Of a stretch of DNA of 64,000 nucleotides, positions 63,756-64,000 are shown one piece after another (the first letter of the stretch is position 1; every line of letters begins with the position of its first letter). The notes under the pieces are model-generated. The model worked only from the letters and a program-made list of their open reading frames with translations, ran no database searches and was not told where the DNA came from. The DNA comes from a virus (Duplodnaviria; Caudoviricetes), in the IMG/VR virus record IMGVR_UViG_3300031867_000015, positions 51,129 through 115,128 of that record; one strand, given 5' to 3'. The translations under genes were made by a program, and so were the position numbers.

Positions 63756-64000
63756 CTAAACATCCGCTTTTGTTGCTAATATCATGTCTAATAAACCGTT
63801 AAAATAGTCATTGATCTTCCTGTCAGCGGCTTTTCTTTCAGCTGAAAATGTATGCTGATAAACACTTTTCAAGGTGCTGTTTGTACTCCATCCACCTCGC
63901 TCCATAGCATACTTGTCAGGAATGCCAAGCATAAGCATTATCGATGCATTCATATGTCTTAAATCGTGAAAACTCATATGCTGTACACCTTTACGCTCCA
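63756..64000 (-). CDS. tyrosine integrase, C-terminal part (start outside window)
   Basis: FHDLRH...GGW...VYQH catalytic H-x-x-R, W and Y. Confidence 0.9.
   Translation of the reverse strand, partial: ERKGVQHMSFHDLRHMNASIMLMLGIPDKYAMERGGWSTNSTLKSVYQHTFSAERKAADRKINDYFNGLLDMILATKADV

Overview
A 64-kb segment of a large AT-rich Firmicutes tailed phage with SPbeta-like gene order; the host is probably a Ruminococcus-like clostridium (inferred from a dockerin-like motif and BspA repeats). From left to right: (1) 1-9.3 kb, a leftward early arm of small genes (DUF262, SprT-like protease, J-domain, dockerin-like, SAM-lyase-like). Its repeated sigma-A promoters carry a shared AGAGYRAATTGTAT box. (2) 9.3-12.9 kb, non-coding: a ~560-nt structured RNA candidate (ROOL-like) fed by three tandem promoters, a palindrome-rich region where base skew flips, and an origin-like region before a Rep-like gene. 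(3) 13-29 kb, rightward genes including a YonO-type single-subunit RNA polymerase, ClpP-like protease, beta-CASP nuclease, YonK, metallophosphoesterase and HU, plus two tRNAs and two 37-nt ACCA-ended armless tRNA-like elements. (4) 29-57 kb, head and tail morphogenesis. (5) 56-58.7 kb, a clear diversity-generating retroelement (target VR, TR, RT) with no visible Avd gene. (6) 59-64 kb, a compositionally distinct GATC-containing module: M23 endolysin, a Gly/Cys-rich unknown cassette, two small-RNA units, a tRNA-derived attP and the 3' end of a tyrosine integrase. All calls come from motif reading by eye; no searches were run.
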